Assembly: GCA_965206645.1 (NCBI GenBank)
Contig: CBDBKE010000004.1
Coordinates: 1,536,001 to 1,600,000, forward strand
Length of the DNA stretch: 64,000 bases
Direction of reading: 5' to 3'
Origin: Terriglobia bacterium
GTDB lineage: Bacteria; Acidobacteriota; Terriglobia; JAJPHL01; JAPKYU01
Shown: positions 28,040 through 38,288 of the stretch, piece by piece
How the letters are laid out: every line of letters starts with the position of its first letter
Numbering within the stretch: the first letter of the stretch is position 1
Translations under genes and position numbers: made by a program
The notes under the pieces: model-generated
Told to the model about the DNA's origin: nothing
Database searches by the model: none
Seen by the model: the letters and a program-made list of their open reading frames with translations, nothing else

Positions 28040-29677
28040 TCACACGTCCTGGGTCACCCGAACCACTTCCTCCACTGTGGTCACGCCCCGATAGACCTTG
28101 TCCCAGCCGTCCTCTTTCAAGGTGCGCATTCCGTTGCTTTGGGCAGCGGCGGCCAGCATCTTGGCGTCGGCGTTCTCGACCATCAGGCGGCGAATCTCGT
28201 CGTTCACATCCATCAGCTCAAGGATGCCCTGGCGCCCGCGGTAGCCGATGTGGGAACAGCGATCGCAGCCGGCGCCGCGATACACCGGTTGGTCGAGCGC
28301 CGCCTGGCGCTCATCCACCACCCGGCAGTGCGGGCAAATCACGCGCACCAGTCGCTGGGCCAGCACCGCCAGCAGCGAGGAGGAGATCAGGTAGTTCTCC
28401 ACGCCCATGTCGGTCAGCCGGGTGACGGCGCTGGGCGCGTCATTGGTGTGCAGGGTGGAGAAGACCAGGTGGCCGGTCAGTGCGGCGCGGATGGCGATCT
28501 CGGCCGTTTCCAGGTCCCGAATCTCCCCGACCATGATCACGTCCGGGTCCTGGCGCACGATGTGGCGCAGGCCGGCGGCAAACGTCAGCCCGATCTGCGG
28601 ATTGACGTGGATCTGGTTGATGCCGTCCATCTGGTATTCCACCGGGTCCTCGATGGTGATGATCTTCTTGTCGGGCAGATTGATGCGCTTCAGGACCGAG
28701 TACAGAGTGGTGGACTTGCCGCTGCCAGTCGGTCCGGTCACCAAGAAAATCCCATGCGGCTGCGAGCTGAGGCGCTCCACGCGCGTCATCATCGATTCGG
28801 GAAAGCCCAGGCTGGGGAGTTCATAGAAGTCGCCGGCGGAGCGGTCCAGCAGGCGCATCACGACGCTTTCACCGTGGAGGGTAGGCAGGGTGGAGACGCG
28901 CAGGTCAAGCTCCTTGCCCAGCGTCCGCAGCTGAATGCGGCCGTCCTGGGGCAGGCGGCGCTCGGCGATGTTGAGCCGCGCCATCAGTTTCAGGCGCGAG
29001 ATCACCGCCGCGCGCAACTCGCGCGGCGGCGCGTCCACGTTATACAGCACGCCGTCAATGCGGTAGCGCACGCGGAACTGCTTCTCGAAGGGTTCCAGGT
29101 GGATGTCGGAAGCGCGCTGTTCGACGGCCCGCGCGATCAGGTTGTTCACCAGCCGGATCACCGGAGCTTCGCTGGCCATGTCGCGCAACTGCTCGATATC
29201 CTCGGTCTCGACGCCGACGGCGGCCTCTCCGCTCTCGGAGCCAGCGCCCTCCTCCTCGCCCGGGAAGTATTTCTCCAGAGCCGCAAGAATCTCCGTCTCG
29301 GGCGCCAGCAGCGCGCGCACGTTCAGCTTGGTGTAGAGTCGGACCGCGGAGATGGTTTCAAAGTCGAGGGGGTCGGCCATGGCCAGCGTCACGGTGGAAT
29401 CCTCCACCACTAGGGGCAGAAAACGGAACTGGCGCATGAAGCGGGCCGAAAGGCCCTCGATGGCAGGCGACACGGCTGGAAACTCGGCTGCCGGAACGAT
29501 GGGGATTTCCAGCTGTTCGGAAAGCGCGGCCAGCACGTCGCGCGCGGCCACGTAGCCCAGGTCCGAGAGGATCTTGCCCAGCTTGTCGCGCCGCATCGAC
29601 TGCACTGCCAGGGCTTTGTCGAGTTCCTCGGCCTCCAGCTGCTCTCGCTCCACCAGGATTTCGCCCAGCCGCCGCAT
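28040..29677 (-). CDS. gspE: T2SS ATPase E
   Basis: GPTGSGKST, EDPVE, RQDPDVIMVGEIRD, TLHTN, CxxC...CxxC; MshEN-like N-terminus. Confidence 0.95.
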   Translation of the reverse strand: MRRLGEILVEREQLEAEELDKALAVQSMRRDKLGKILSDLGYVAARDVLAALSEQLEIPIVPAAEFPAVSPAIEGLSARFMRQFRFLPLVVEDSTVTLAMADPLDFETISAVRLYTKLNVRALLAPETEILAALEKYFPGEEEGAGSESGEAAVGVETEDIEQLRDMASEAPVIRLVNNLIARAVEQRASDIHLEPFEKQFRVRYRIDGVLYNVDAPPRELRAAVISRLKLMARLNIAERRLPQDGRIQLRTLGKELDLRVSTLPTLHGESVVMRLLDRSAGDFYELPSLGFPESMMTRVERLSSQPHGIFLVTGPTGSGKSTTLYSVLKRINLPDKKIITIEDPVEYQMDGINQIHVNPQIGLTFAAGLRHIVRQDPDVIMVGEIRDLETAEIAIRAALTGHLVFSTLHTNDAPSAVTRLTDMGVENYLISSSLLAVLAQRLVRVICPHCRVVDERQAALDQPVYRGAGCDRCSHIGYRGRQGILELMDVNDEIRRLMVENADAKMLAAAAQSNGMRTLKEDGWDKVYRGVTTVEEVVRVTQDV

Positions 29678-30282
29678 CAGAATTGCCGTAAGCTGATCAC
29701 CCTGGCCAGCCCTGCCGACCCGGGCTTGCGCCCCCCATCTTGCAGCTCCAGCAGGGCCTGGCGTTGCGCCTGCAGGACCACCTGGCCGGGAATTTCCGGG
29801 TAAGGCCGGGGATTGAACAGGTGAATGACCAAGGCCAGATTCTCCTCCGCGCCCAGTTGCGTTAGCCCGGCGCTTTCAGCCAGAAGCAGATCCCGGAGCC
29901 TGGATTGCAACTGTTGCAGCCTCTTCCGCTTCTGCTCTCGTTCGGTTTCCAGCTCCTTCTCCGAGAAGGCAGTCGGCGCAAAGGGGGAAATAAAGCGCAT
30001 CGGGTAGAGGTTCACTTCCGCATGAACCATGACTCCGAATCCGGCGAGATAGACGCTCTTCGGTTCCTGAAGAACGGCAAACGGCCGGTTCCCGAACATC
30101 TGCTGCAGGGAAGTGTTTACAGCGCGCTCCAATTGCAGCATCTGCCGCTTCAGTTCCGCTTGCTTCTTGCCAGTCGCAGTGGCCTGCGACTGCGGGACGG
30201 CAACCCACAGCGCCGCCCCCACGGCGAGCAGAGTCGCCAGATAAATCCGCAATCCGAAATTCGCAATCTGCAATCGTTTCAT
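29677..30282 (-). CDS. exported hypothetical protein
   Basis: Signal peptide; start/stop overlaps with both the anti-sigma gene and gspE. Confidence 0.7.
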   Translation of the reverse strand: MKRLQIANFGLRIYLATLLAVGAALWVAVPQSQATATGKKQAELKRQMLQLERAVNTSLQQMFGNRPFAVLQEPKSVYLAGFGVMVHAEVNLYPMRFISPFAPTAFSEKELETEREQKRKRLQQLQSRLRDLLLAESAGLTQLGAEENLALVIHLFNPRPYPEIPGQVVLQAQRQALLELQDGGRKPGSAGLARVISLRQF

Positions 30283-30968
30283 GGCCGTTCACCTTTCTCC
30301 GCCGGCAGACGGCTGGCTACCATCTCCAGCGCCAGACGATTCCGGTCGGCATCCTTATAAAAAATGGTCTGGGTCCGCTCAAAGTACCTCATTTGTTCGG
30401 CCAGCGAAGCGAACGCTGCCCGTTGGCGTCGTTCCAGTTGCGCGGACGCGGTTCCGATGAGCGCCTCGGCTTCCGCCTGCTGCCGCGCTTCGCTCTGGCG
30501 AACGGCAGCGTCCACCAGCCCCGCCACTTGCTCGCGGCTCAAGCCCGCTGATACCGGGCCGGCGGATGCAGAGCCAGTCGCCGGCGCCGCTCTCTGCTGG
30601 GAGGCGCCGAAGGCAATCTCCCACCGTTCCTGCTCCAGGACGACCCGCACGCGGGCCAGCGCCAGTGCCCCAACCAGCAGAGCGACAGCCGCGGCCACTC
30701 CCACCGGCACAGCAAAGGCGCGCCGCCATAATCCACTGCGTCCGAACAGACCTGCCTCCTGGCTTGCGCCCACGAATGCAATGCGCCGTGGCACTTCCTC
30801 CTGCGGCAGGCCCTGGACGAGAAGCTTCCGCGCCAGGTCCAGATCGGTCAGCTGGGCCCGGCAGGCATCGCACACCTGCAGGTGCTCCTGTACCTGTTTC
30901 CGTTCGACCGGACCGGCCTCGGCCAGCGCCAGGTCCATTAGTATTTGTTTTGCTTGTCCGCACGTCAT
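30279..30968 (-). CDS. zinc-binding (ZAS) transmembrane anti-sigma factor
   Basis: C3...HLQVCDAC (HxxxCxxC), then TM. Confidence 0.85.
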   Translation of the reverse strand: MTCGQAKQILMDLALAEAGPVERKQVQEHLQVCDACRAQLTDLDLARKLLVQGLPQEEVPRRIAFVGASQEAGLFGRSGLWRRAFAVPVGVAAAVALLVGALALARVRVVLEQERWEIAFGASQQRAAPATGSASAGPVSAGLSREQVAGLVDAAVRQSEARQQAEAEALIGTASAQLERRQRAAFASLAEQMRYFERTQTIFYKDADRNRLALEMVASRLPAEKGERP

Positions 30969-31047
30969 GACTCACCTCCTGCCCGCCGTAAGGGCAGGCA
31001 GCGCAGCCTCTCCGGCTGGACAGCAACAACGCCTGTCCAGGGGGTGG

Positions 31048-31698
31048 CTAGTGGTTGTGAAAGGCAGCCCGCGTCGCCACATCCTCGCCGAGAGCGTGCT
31101 TCAGTTGCTCGAACCCGGCGTAGACGCGGGATTTCACTGTGCTGAGGGGACAGGAGAGGATTTCGGCAATTTCGGCGAACTTAAAGCCGTGAATCACCTT
31201 GAGCAGCAGGGCCTGGCGTTGCTCGAAGGGAAGCTCCTCCAGGGCGCGGGCGACTATCAACTCCAGCTCCAGCGGGTACAGGCGCGGACCAGCGCCCAAT
31301 ACCACCTGAGCCTCGCCCCGCGAGGTAATTTCCCTTTCGCCCTCCTCCGGCCAACCGTCCGAATCAGTCCGGGCCGAATCAGCCCAGGCCGAATCAGCCT
31401 GGGGGCGGCGTCCGTCAGTGCGGAACTTCGAGCAGGCCAGGTTATGCGCGATCCGGAAGAGCCACTGGGGGAACTTCTCGGCATCGCCGAGCTTGACCAG
31501 GCCGCGGTAAGCCTTCAGAAAGGCTTCCTGCGCCAAGTCCTGGGCGTCTTCCCGGTTGCCGGTGGTACGCAGTAAGTAGTTGTACAGCTTCTTTTCCCAA
31601 CGGGATACAAGGACGTTATAGGCGTCCACCTCCCCGTGGGCCGCGCGGTCCACCAGCTCGCTATCCTCTGCCGTCCGAAACAGCAAATGGGCTCCCAC
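31048..31698 (-). CDS. ECF sigma factor
   Basis: DAQDLAQEAFLKAY, WLFRIAHN, EIAEILSCPLSTVKSR. Confidence 0.92.
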   Translation of the reverse strand: MGAHLLFRTAEDSELVDRAAHGEVDAYNVLVSRWEKKLYNYLLRTTGNREDAQDLAQEAFLKAYRGLVKLGDAEKFPQWLFRIAHNLACSKFRTDGRRPQADSAWADSARTDSDGWPEEGEREITSRGEAQVVLGAGPRLYPLELELIVARALEELPFEQRQALLLKVIHGFKFAEIAEILSCPLSTVKSRVYAGFEQLKHALGEDVATRAAFHNH

Positions 31699-32093
31699 TT
31701 GGTCAGACGCCGCCGAAGCTCAAAAAGTCGAACCCGCCGGCCGAAAGGTTGATAGGGAGTATACCACGCGCCCGATCAGCCCACGGGGCGTTCCAATGCC
31801 CGATTCTGGATCCCCGAAGGTCACCGCGGAAGGCCTATGTATAGCCGTTAGTTGGCTTTGTATTGCAGTACATCCCCGGGTTGCAGTTTCTGATAGAGTG
31901 GGAGGGTGAGCCGAACGCTGCCAACGCTTTCGCCTGGGGTGGCCACTGGGCACTGGCAAGCCGGAGGCTGCGGTCGCGATGGGCCGCCCGTTCAGGAAGC
32001 AAGCTGAGGAAGCACCAGTGAGTGAGCCGATGAAACGCCTGCCTCCCCCAGCGCATCCATATTAGGAAGCCCCTTAGGAAGCATGGAGAGATC

Positions 32094-32996
32094 ATGACAA
32101 GTTACGATTGGATCAGGAAGTGCAGCTTTGCTTTCACCGCTTTCATTCTGGCGGTTTCTCTGCCTCTGGGGGCGGTCGCCGGGCCACAGACAAATAACCA
32201 GCAACCGGCTACTAATCAACAACCGGCCACGCAAGTTGGACAGGCCAGGCCAGAGACGCCGTCGGTGCCCACCGATGGAATCATCCGCCGATTCGCCGCC
32301 AAGGAGAAGGAATTCCAGATCGCGCGCGACAATTACACCTACCGGCAGACCGTCAAGGTGCAGGAACTGGACGGTGACGGGCGCATGCGCGGCAGCTTTG
32401 AAATGGTTAGCGACATCATCTTCACCCCGAAGGGGAAGCGCATTGAGAGGGTGGTGTATGCGCCAGTGAGCACCCTGCGCCGCATTTCCATTTCGCCTGA
32501 AGATGAGCGGGACCTGCGCGACATCCAGCCCTTCGTGCTCACCAGCGATGACATCCACAAGTACAACCTCCGCCACCTGGGGCGGCAGCGCGTGGACGAA
32601 ATTGACACCTACGTCTTCTTCGTCAAGCCCAAGGCAATCAAAAAGGGCGAGCGCTACTTTGAGGGACAGATCTGGGTGGATGACCGGGATCTACAGATCG
32701 TGAAGACTTACGGTAAAGCCGTTCCTGATATTAGAGGGAAAAAGGGGCAGGAGAACTTGTTCCCGCGCTTTGAAACCTACCGCGAGCAGATTGACGGCAA
32801 GTACTGGTTCCCCACCTACACCCGGGCTGACGACACGTTACATTTCCAGACCGGCCCGCAGCGCATCCGTATGATTGTGCGTTACCAGGATTACAAGCAG
32901 TTCCGCAGCCAGATCAAGGTCACCTTTGAGGGGGTCAACGAGCCGAAGTCGCAGCCACAGGCGGATCCGAGCTCCCAACAGTTGCGAAATCCGTAG
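32094..32996 (+). CDS. exported conserved protein (possibly LolA/sorting-protein-like)
   Basis: GGAGA SD, signal peptide, strong codon bias. Confidence 0.7.
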   Translation: MTSYDWIRKCSFAFTAFILAVSLPLGAVAGPQTNNQQPATNQQPATQVGQARPETPSVPTDGIIRRFAAKEKEFQIARDNYTYRQTVKVQELDGDGRMRGSFEMVSDIIFTPKGKRIERVVYAPVSTLRRISISPEDERDLRDIQPFVLTSDDIHKYNLRHLGRQRVDEIDTYVFFVKPKAIKKGERYFEGQIWVDDRDLQIVKTYGKAVPDIRGKKGQENLFPRFETYREQIDGKYWFPTYTRADDTLHFQTGPQRIRMIVRYQDYKQFRSQIKVTFEGVNEPKSQPQADPSSQQLRNP

Positions 32997-33231
32997 CGCT
33001 TGACCTACCTGGCAGCAGTGTTCACCTCTTTACGGTTGCGGCTCGCGTTTGCTCCAGGCTCGGGTTGCTCCATCTGGTGGGCCGCGCACGGGTACTTGGC
33101 ATGAGCTACAGTCGTCGGCGATATACTAGACGGGAACGGGACTCGGGCAAAGCAGCTCGAGATATTGTGAGGTCACAGGCGGGGGGGCATACTCCCGCCG
33201 GAGATTTGCCTGTGCCGGTGTCGGGGGCCGG

Positions 33232-34155
33232 TTGCCCATGCTCTCCAAGGTTTTTCGCGGGATTGGCAGCTTCATCTTCTGGACGTACGCGCGCGGAAGC
33301 TGGCAGTACGACCTGATGTCTGCCCTCATCCTGGCGTTCATCTTCTTGACTCCGCGCCAGTTTTTTCACGACCGGCCTATTCACACCGAGGCACGCCGGG
33401 GCATGGAACTGCCGGCGGCGCTGTTGCTCCCCTGGCTGACCGCGACCGCTGTTGCTGCCGCCAACAGCAGCTCCAGAAATTCCTACCGCCTCGCTGCTGA
33501 GGAAGGAACGCCCGGCCCAGCGCCCACACTGAAACAAGTGCTGGCGGCAATGGATGCGACCGCCGCCCGCTTCCGGAGCGCGGTTGCCAAGGTCACTTAC
33601 ACGAAGGTGACTCTCCTGGTAGACGACAAGTCCATCGAGGAGGGCACGGTGTACTTCAAGCGCCACCGGCGCAAGCGTGATTTCAAGGTACTGATTCACT
33701 TCCGCAAGCCGACGGAAAAAATTGTGCTGTTCCGCGACGGCAAAGCGTGGATCTACCGGCCGGCGATTGCGCAAGTAGAGGAATACGACGTCTCGCGCAA
33801 CCGGGAAGCCGTGGAGCAGTTCCTGCTGCTGGGCTTCGGCACCCCTGTCCGCCAGCTGCAGGAGGCCTATCACGTCGCCCTGGCAGGCCCCGGGAGCAGC
33901 CAGGGGGGGGGCCAGAAGACCTTGAAGCTGGAATTGGCTCCCAGATCGGCCGCCACCAGCCGCCACATCCGGAAAGTAGAACTCTGGCTCTCTCGGGATA
34001 CCTGGCAGCCCGTTCGGCAGCGCTTCATCGAGCCCAGCGGCGACTACATGATCGTCGAATTCACAGGGACCAAACTAAACACCGCCATCCCCAATTCCCG
34101 CTTCAAGCTGAAACTGCGGGGCAAAGTAAAAAAAATCCGCCCCCAGTCCCTGTAG
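33232..34155 (+). CDS. LolA-like lipoprotein carrier protein with an N-terminal membrane extension
   Basis: G.VYFKR...F.KP..K.VLFRDGKAWIYRP...EPSGDY..VEF. Confidence 0.7.
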   Translation: MPMLSKVFRGIGSFIFWTYARGSWQYDLMSALILAFIFLTPRQFFHDRPIHTEARRGMELPAALLLPWLTATAVAAANSSSRNSYRLAAEEGTPGPAPTLKQVLAAMDATAARFRSAVAKVTYTKVTLLVDDKSIEEGTVYFKRHRRKRDFKVLIHFRKPTEKIVLFRDGKAWIYRPAIAQVEEYDVSRNREAVEQFLLLGFGTPVRQLQEAYHVALAGPGSSQGGGQKTLKLELAPRSAATSRHIRKVELWLSRDTWQPVRQRFIEPSGDYMIVEFTGTKLNTAIPNSRFKLKLRGKVKKIRPQSL

Positions 34156-34294
34156 GGCCAGTCCATGTAGGAATAGACCTTGCCCTTCCCCGTATTCAAA
34201 GCCAGCGACCAGCTTCAGACCCAGCGACCAGCTGGACCAAGCAAACAGCGCCCGGCATTGAGTAGGTGGGGAGTAGGTGGGCAAACGCTCGGTC

Positions 34295-36868
34295 TCAGCG
34301 CCAGGTGATCAGGCCGGTGCTCATAGGCTCCAGGGCATCGGAGTGAGCCGGCAGCGCGCGCGCCGTGTACCCGTGCCGGCCGCTGCGCTCGCAGGGAATC
34401 ACACCCGTGTAGTGGTGGATACCGTCCTGGCAGTTCTGCCAGTTCATAGGCACGGCGCGGGCTTGGCTGATATGCCGTTCGGCACTGAGCGGCCCATAGT
34501 AGAGTTCGATGCTGACGTCCTTCGGCTCGATCGCCCCCAGGCGCACCCCGGCCCGCACTTCCAGCCCCTGGCCCACGCTGGGCATGTCCTTGTTCTGCGC
34601 CGCCAAGCTCTCGAAACGGATCTGGGACCAGTTCTGCTGCATGTCGCCTTTCCACTGAGCCAACACCCGGGAACGCTCCAGATTATTGGCTGTCATACGC
34701 GCCCCGAAGCGGGCCGCCGGCAGGTAGAAGCTCTCGGTGTACTCGTGCAGCATGCGGTTGCAACTGAACTGCGGACAGAGCAAGCGCATGGAGTTTTTCA
34801 TTTTGGTGAGCCAGTGGCGCGGCAGCCTGTCTTCGTCGCGACGGTAAAACAACGGCACCACCTCGCTCTCCAGCATGTTGTAGAGGGCATTGGACTCCAC
34901 GTAGTCCTGGTAGGCGGGGTCCTGGTATTCCTCGCCGGAGCCGATGGCCCAGCCGGCTTCCCCCCGGAAGCCTTCGTCCCACCAGCCATCCAGGACGCTG
35001 AGGTTCAGGCCGCCGTTGCCCAACACCTTCATGCCGCTGGTGCCGCTGGCTTCCAGCGGGCGCCGCGGGTTGTTCAACCAGATGTCCACCCCATGCACCA
35101 GGTAGCGAGCCAGCTGGATGTCGTAGTCCTCCAAGAACACCATGTGGCGGTGCAGTTCCTCCTGCTGGCAGGCGGCCACCAGTTCCTTGATGAACTCCTT
35201 GCCTTCGTTGTCGCGCGGGTGCGCCTTCCCCGCGAAGACAAACTGCACCGGCATGGAGGGGTTCAGCAGGATTTTCTTCAGCCGCTCCAGATCGGACAGC
35301 AGCAGGGTGGCGCGCTTGTAAGTAGTAAAGCGGCGTGCGAAGCCGATGGTCAGCACGTTGATGTCCAGCACGCCGCGCGCCTTGCGCAGCTCGGCCGGCG
35401 GCGCCCCGCGCCGCTCCAACTGCACTTGGAGCCGGCGCCGGATAATGGCAATCATCCGCTGGCGGCGCCGCTCGTGTGTCCCCCACAGCTCCTCGTCGGG
35501 GATATCCTTCACCCGCTCCCAAATCCAGGCTTCCGCGGGACGGCTCCACCACTCCGGACCCAAGTATCGGTCGAACAGGGTGCCCATCTCGTTGGAAACC
35601 CAGGAGCGCAGGTGGATGCCGTTCGTGATGCTGGCGATGGGCACTTCGTGTTCCGGAACCTTGGGAAAAAACTTCTGGAACAAGGTGCGCGAGACCTGCC
35701 CGTGCAGCTTGCTCACCCCGTTGGCGGAGGCGCTCGTGCGCAGCGCCAGTACAGCCATGTTAAAGGCCTCCTGGGGATCAAACGGGTTGGCCCGGCCCAA
35801 GGCCAGTAGCTCGTCGCGGGAAATTCTCGCTTCCCGCAGGTACTCGCCGAAGTACTTGTCCATTAGGTCTGGGGCAAACACGTCGAAACCGGCGGGCACC
35901 GGGGTGTGGGTGGTGAAGACGCTGCCGGCCCGGACCGCCTCTAGGGCTTCGCGGAAGCTCACCCCGGCCTCCTGAATGTAGGTGCGGATGCGTTCCAGGG
36001 TCAGGAAAGCCGAGTGGCCTTCGTTCATGTGGTACACCATAGGCTGGATGCCCATGGCGTAAAGCGCGCGCACTCCACCCATGCCCAATACGATTTCCTG
36101 GCGGATGCGCGTTTCGCGGTCGCCGCCGTAGAGCTGGTCGGTAACGTCCTGCAATTTGCGCGGGTTGTCGGGGACGTTGGTGTCCAGCAGGTACAGCGGC
36201 ACCCGCCCCACCTGTACCTTCCACACCTTGATCTTCACTCGCGCCCCGGCCAGCCGCAGTTCCACGAAGAGGGGCTGACCGCCTGCAGTCAGCACCGGTT
36301 CGAGCGGCAGGTTGTAGAAGTCGTTGGCTGGATAGCGCTCCTGCTGCCAGCCGTCAGGGGTCAAGTACTGCCGGAAATAGCCCTGTTGGTACAGCAGCCC
36401 CACGCCCACCAGCGGGATCCCCAAATCGCTGGCCGTCTTCAGATGGTCGCCAGCCAGCACTCCCAGGCCGCCCGAGTATATCGGCAGGCATTCGGCCAGT
36501 CCGTACTCGGCTGAGAAATAAGCGATGCACGGGCGCTCGTCGCCGTGCTTCTTGTCCCACCAGGTGGCCTCTTTCATATAGTTGCTGAATTTCTCGTAAG
36601 CCCGCGAATAAGAAGTCATGTAACTATCGTCGCGAGCCACGGCTTGCAGACGTTCCTGGGCGATGCTGCCCAACAACAGCACCGGATTGTGGTAGGTCTC
36701 CTCCCACAAGTCGCGATCCAGCCGCCGAAAGATTTCGCGAACAGGTTCGTCCCATTGCCAGACTATGTTGTAGGCCATTTCCCGGAGTCCCTTGAGTTCT
36801 TCGGGAAGAGCCGGCTGTACCTGGAAGGTATCAAGTTGCAGGTTCATCATGGCATCGTTGATCGGCAT
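34295..36868 (-). CDS. glgP: alpha-glucan phosphorylase
   Basis: [45 protein letters not shown]. Confidence 0.97.
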   Translation of the reverse strand: MPINDAMMNLQLDTFQVQPALPEELKGLREMAYNIVWQWDEPVREIFRRLDRDLWEETYHNPVLLLGSIAQERLQAVARDDSYMTSYSRAYEKFSNYMKEATWWDKKHGDERPCIAYFSAEYGLAECLPIYSGGLGVLAGDHLKTASDLGIPLVGVGLLYQQGYFRQYLTPDGWQQERYPANDFYNLPLEPVLTAGGQPLFVELRLAGARVKIKVWKVQVGRVPLYLLDTNVPDNPRKLQDVTDQLYGGDRETRIRQEIVLGMGGVRALYAMGIQPMVYHMNEGHSAFLTLERIRTYIQEAGVSFREALEAVRAGSVFTTHTPVPAGFDVFAPDLMDKYFGEYLREARISRDELLALGRANPFDPQEAFNMAVLALRTSASANGVSKLHGQVSRTLFQKFFPKVPEHEVPIASITNGIHLRSWVSNEMGTLFDRYLGPEWWSRPAEAWIWERVKDIPDEELWGTHERRRQRMIAIIRRRLQVQLERRGAPPAELRKARGVLDINVLTIGFARRFTTYKRATLLLSDLERLKKILLNPSMPVQFVFAGKAHPRDNEGKEFIKELVAACQQEELHRHMVFLEDYDIQLARYLVHGVDIWLNNPRRPLEASGTSGMKVLGNGGLNLSVLDGWWDEGFRGEAGWAIGSGEEYQDPAYQDYVESNALYNMLESEVVPLFYRRDEDRLPRHWLTKMKNSMRLLCPQFSCNRMLHEYTESFYLPAARFGARMTANNLERSRVLAQWKGDMQQNWSQIRFESLAAQNKDMPSVGQGLEVRAGVRLGAIEPKDVSIELYYGPLSAERHISQARAVPMNWQNCQDGIHHYTGVIPCERSGRHGYTARALPAHSDALEPMSTGLITWR

Positions 36869-37018
36869 CGAAACCCTCCTGCGGAAAAACCCGCGGACCG
36901 GAGAACAGGCCGGGCCATCTTACCTCAAAACCGAATTGCATACATCCGCTGAACCTCCCCAACGGTGCGCCCCTGCCCGAATCACGACCGCGCTTTCGGA
37001 CCGGCTTGGCGCCAGCCA

Positions 37019-37048
37019 TTGACACTCCTGGCGAATCCTTCGTAGAAT
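37019..37048 (+). promoter_or_regulatory. sigma70 promoter of the dksA-like gene
   Basis: TTGACA-18-TAGAAT. Confidence 0.6.
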
Positions 37049-37097
37049 CGCGAGTTGGCCAAATATCCGTCCGCCAAGTACCCTGCGAGAAGGCCAG

Positions 37098-37451
37098 ATG
37101 GATAAGAAGAAACTCGAGCATTACAAGCGGCGACTGCTGGCGAAGCGGGAAGAACTGGAGCGGATTGTGTCGCAGGCCGAACTGGATGGCCGCTCGGCGG
37201 ACGAAGAGACCCCGCAGGATCTGGCCGACAAGGCAGCCAATTCTTATACCAAGGAATTCTTGTTTAGCCAGAGCAACCACGACCGCGACGTGCTCCAGCT
37301 AGTCCTCGAAGCGTTGGAGCGAATCGAAGAGAAACACTACGGCGAGTGCGTCCACTGCGACGGCGAGATGCAGCAGAAGCGCCTGGAAGCGGTACCCTGG
37401 GCGCGCCATTGTATTCCCTGCCAGGAAAAGCAAGAGCAGGGGCTGCTGTAG
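37098..37451 (+). CDS. dksA: DksA/TraR C4 zinc-finger protein
   Basis: DLADKA (DxxDxA), YGECVHC...RLEAVPWARHCIPCQE. Confidence 0.88.
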   Translation: MDKKKLEHYKRRLLAKREELERIVSQAELDGRSADEETPQDLADKAANSYTKEFLFSQSNHDRDVLQLVLEALERIEEKHYGECVHCDGEMQQKRLEAVPWARHCIPCQEKQEQGLL

Positions 37452-37479
37452 GCCCTGCCAGACTGCTCCGTTTCCCACC

Positions 37480-38253
37480 GTGTCGAAGCAGGCTGAAGTG
37501 GCGCGATTTGATTCCACGATTGGTCAGTTTTTTCACTCCCTGTTCGCTGTTCTGTTCCCCGACCAGTGCCGGCTGTGTGCCGAGCCTCTGGAGGAGCTGA
37601 CGCGGGTTCCCGTCTGCCGGCCCTGCCTGCAGGACCTCCACCCGCTTCGGACGGGCGCCGGGCTCTGCCACTGCTGCGGGATTCCCCGCGAGGTGGCAGC
37701 GGGGTCGTTGTGCGCCCGCTGCACAGCCGGCGAATATGATTTCCAGCAGGCCCGCAGCTTCGGCACCTACGCTGGCGCGTTGCGCGAGGTCCTGCACCTG
37801 TTCAAATACCAAGGGATGCGACCGCTGGCGGCGTCACTGGCCGAGCGGCTGGCCATTGTCTTCCACCAGCAGCAGTGGGACGGTGGCGAGTTTGCCGGGG
37901 TAGTGGCTGTGCCGCTGGCGCGGTCGCGCCAGCGGCAGCGCGGCTTCAACCAAGCACACCTGTTGGCCCGCGAATTGGGTCGCCGGGCAGGACTGCCTGT
38001 ATTGGAGGACGCCTGCCGCCGCAGCCGCGCCACCGCGCTGCAGACCGGACTGACCCGAGCCCAGCGTTTGGGAAACGTGCGCCCCTCCTTCGCTCCAGGT
38101 CCCCGCGCCACCCTGTTGGCCGGCCGTGACATTCTGCTGATTGACGACGTGCTGACCACCGGCGCCACCCTCAGCGCCTGCGCGCGGACCCTCCGCCAGG
38201 CCGGAGCGCGGCGGGTCTGCGCGCTCACCGTCGCCCGCACCGTGGAATCCTGA
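37480..38253 (+). CDS. comF: ComF-family phosphoribosyltransferase-like protein
   Basis: Double zinc ribbon, RGFNQA, LIDDVLTTGAT. Confidence 0.92.
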   Translation: MSKQAEVARFDSTIGQFFHSLFAVLFPDQCRLCAEPLEELTRVPVCRPCLQDLHPLRTGAGLCHCCGIPREVAAGSLCARCTAGEYDFQQARSFGTYAGALREVLHLFKYQGMRPLAASLAERLAIVFHQQQWDGGEFAGVVAVPLARSRQRQRGFNQAHLLARELGRRAGLPVLEDACRRSRATALQTGLTRAQRLGNVRPSFAPGPRATLLAGRDILLIDDVLTTGATLSACARTLRQAGARRVCALTVARTVES

Positions 38254-38288
38254 GTGCCTCCGTCGCGGTTTTGTTGTACATTGGCGCT

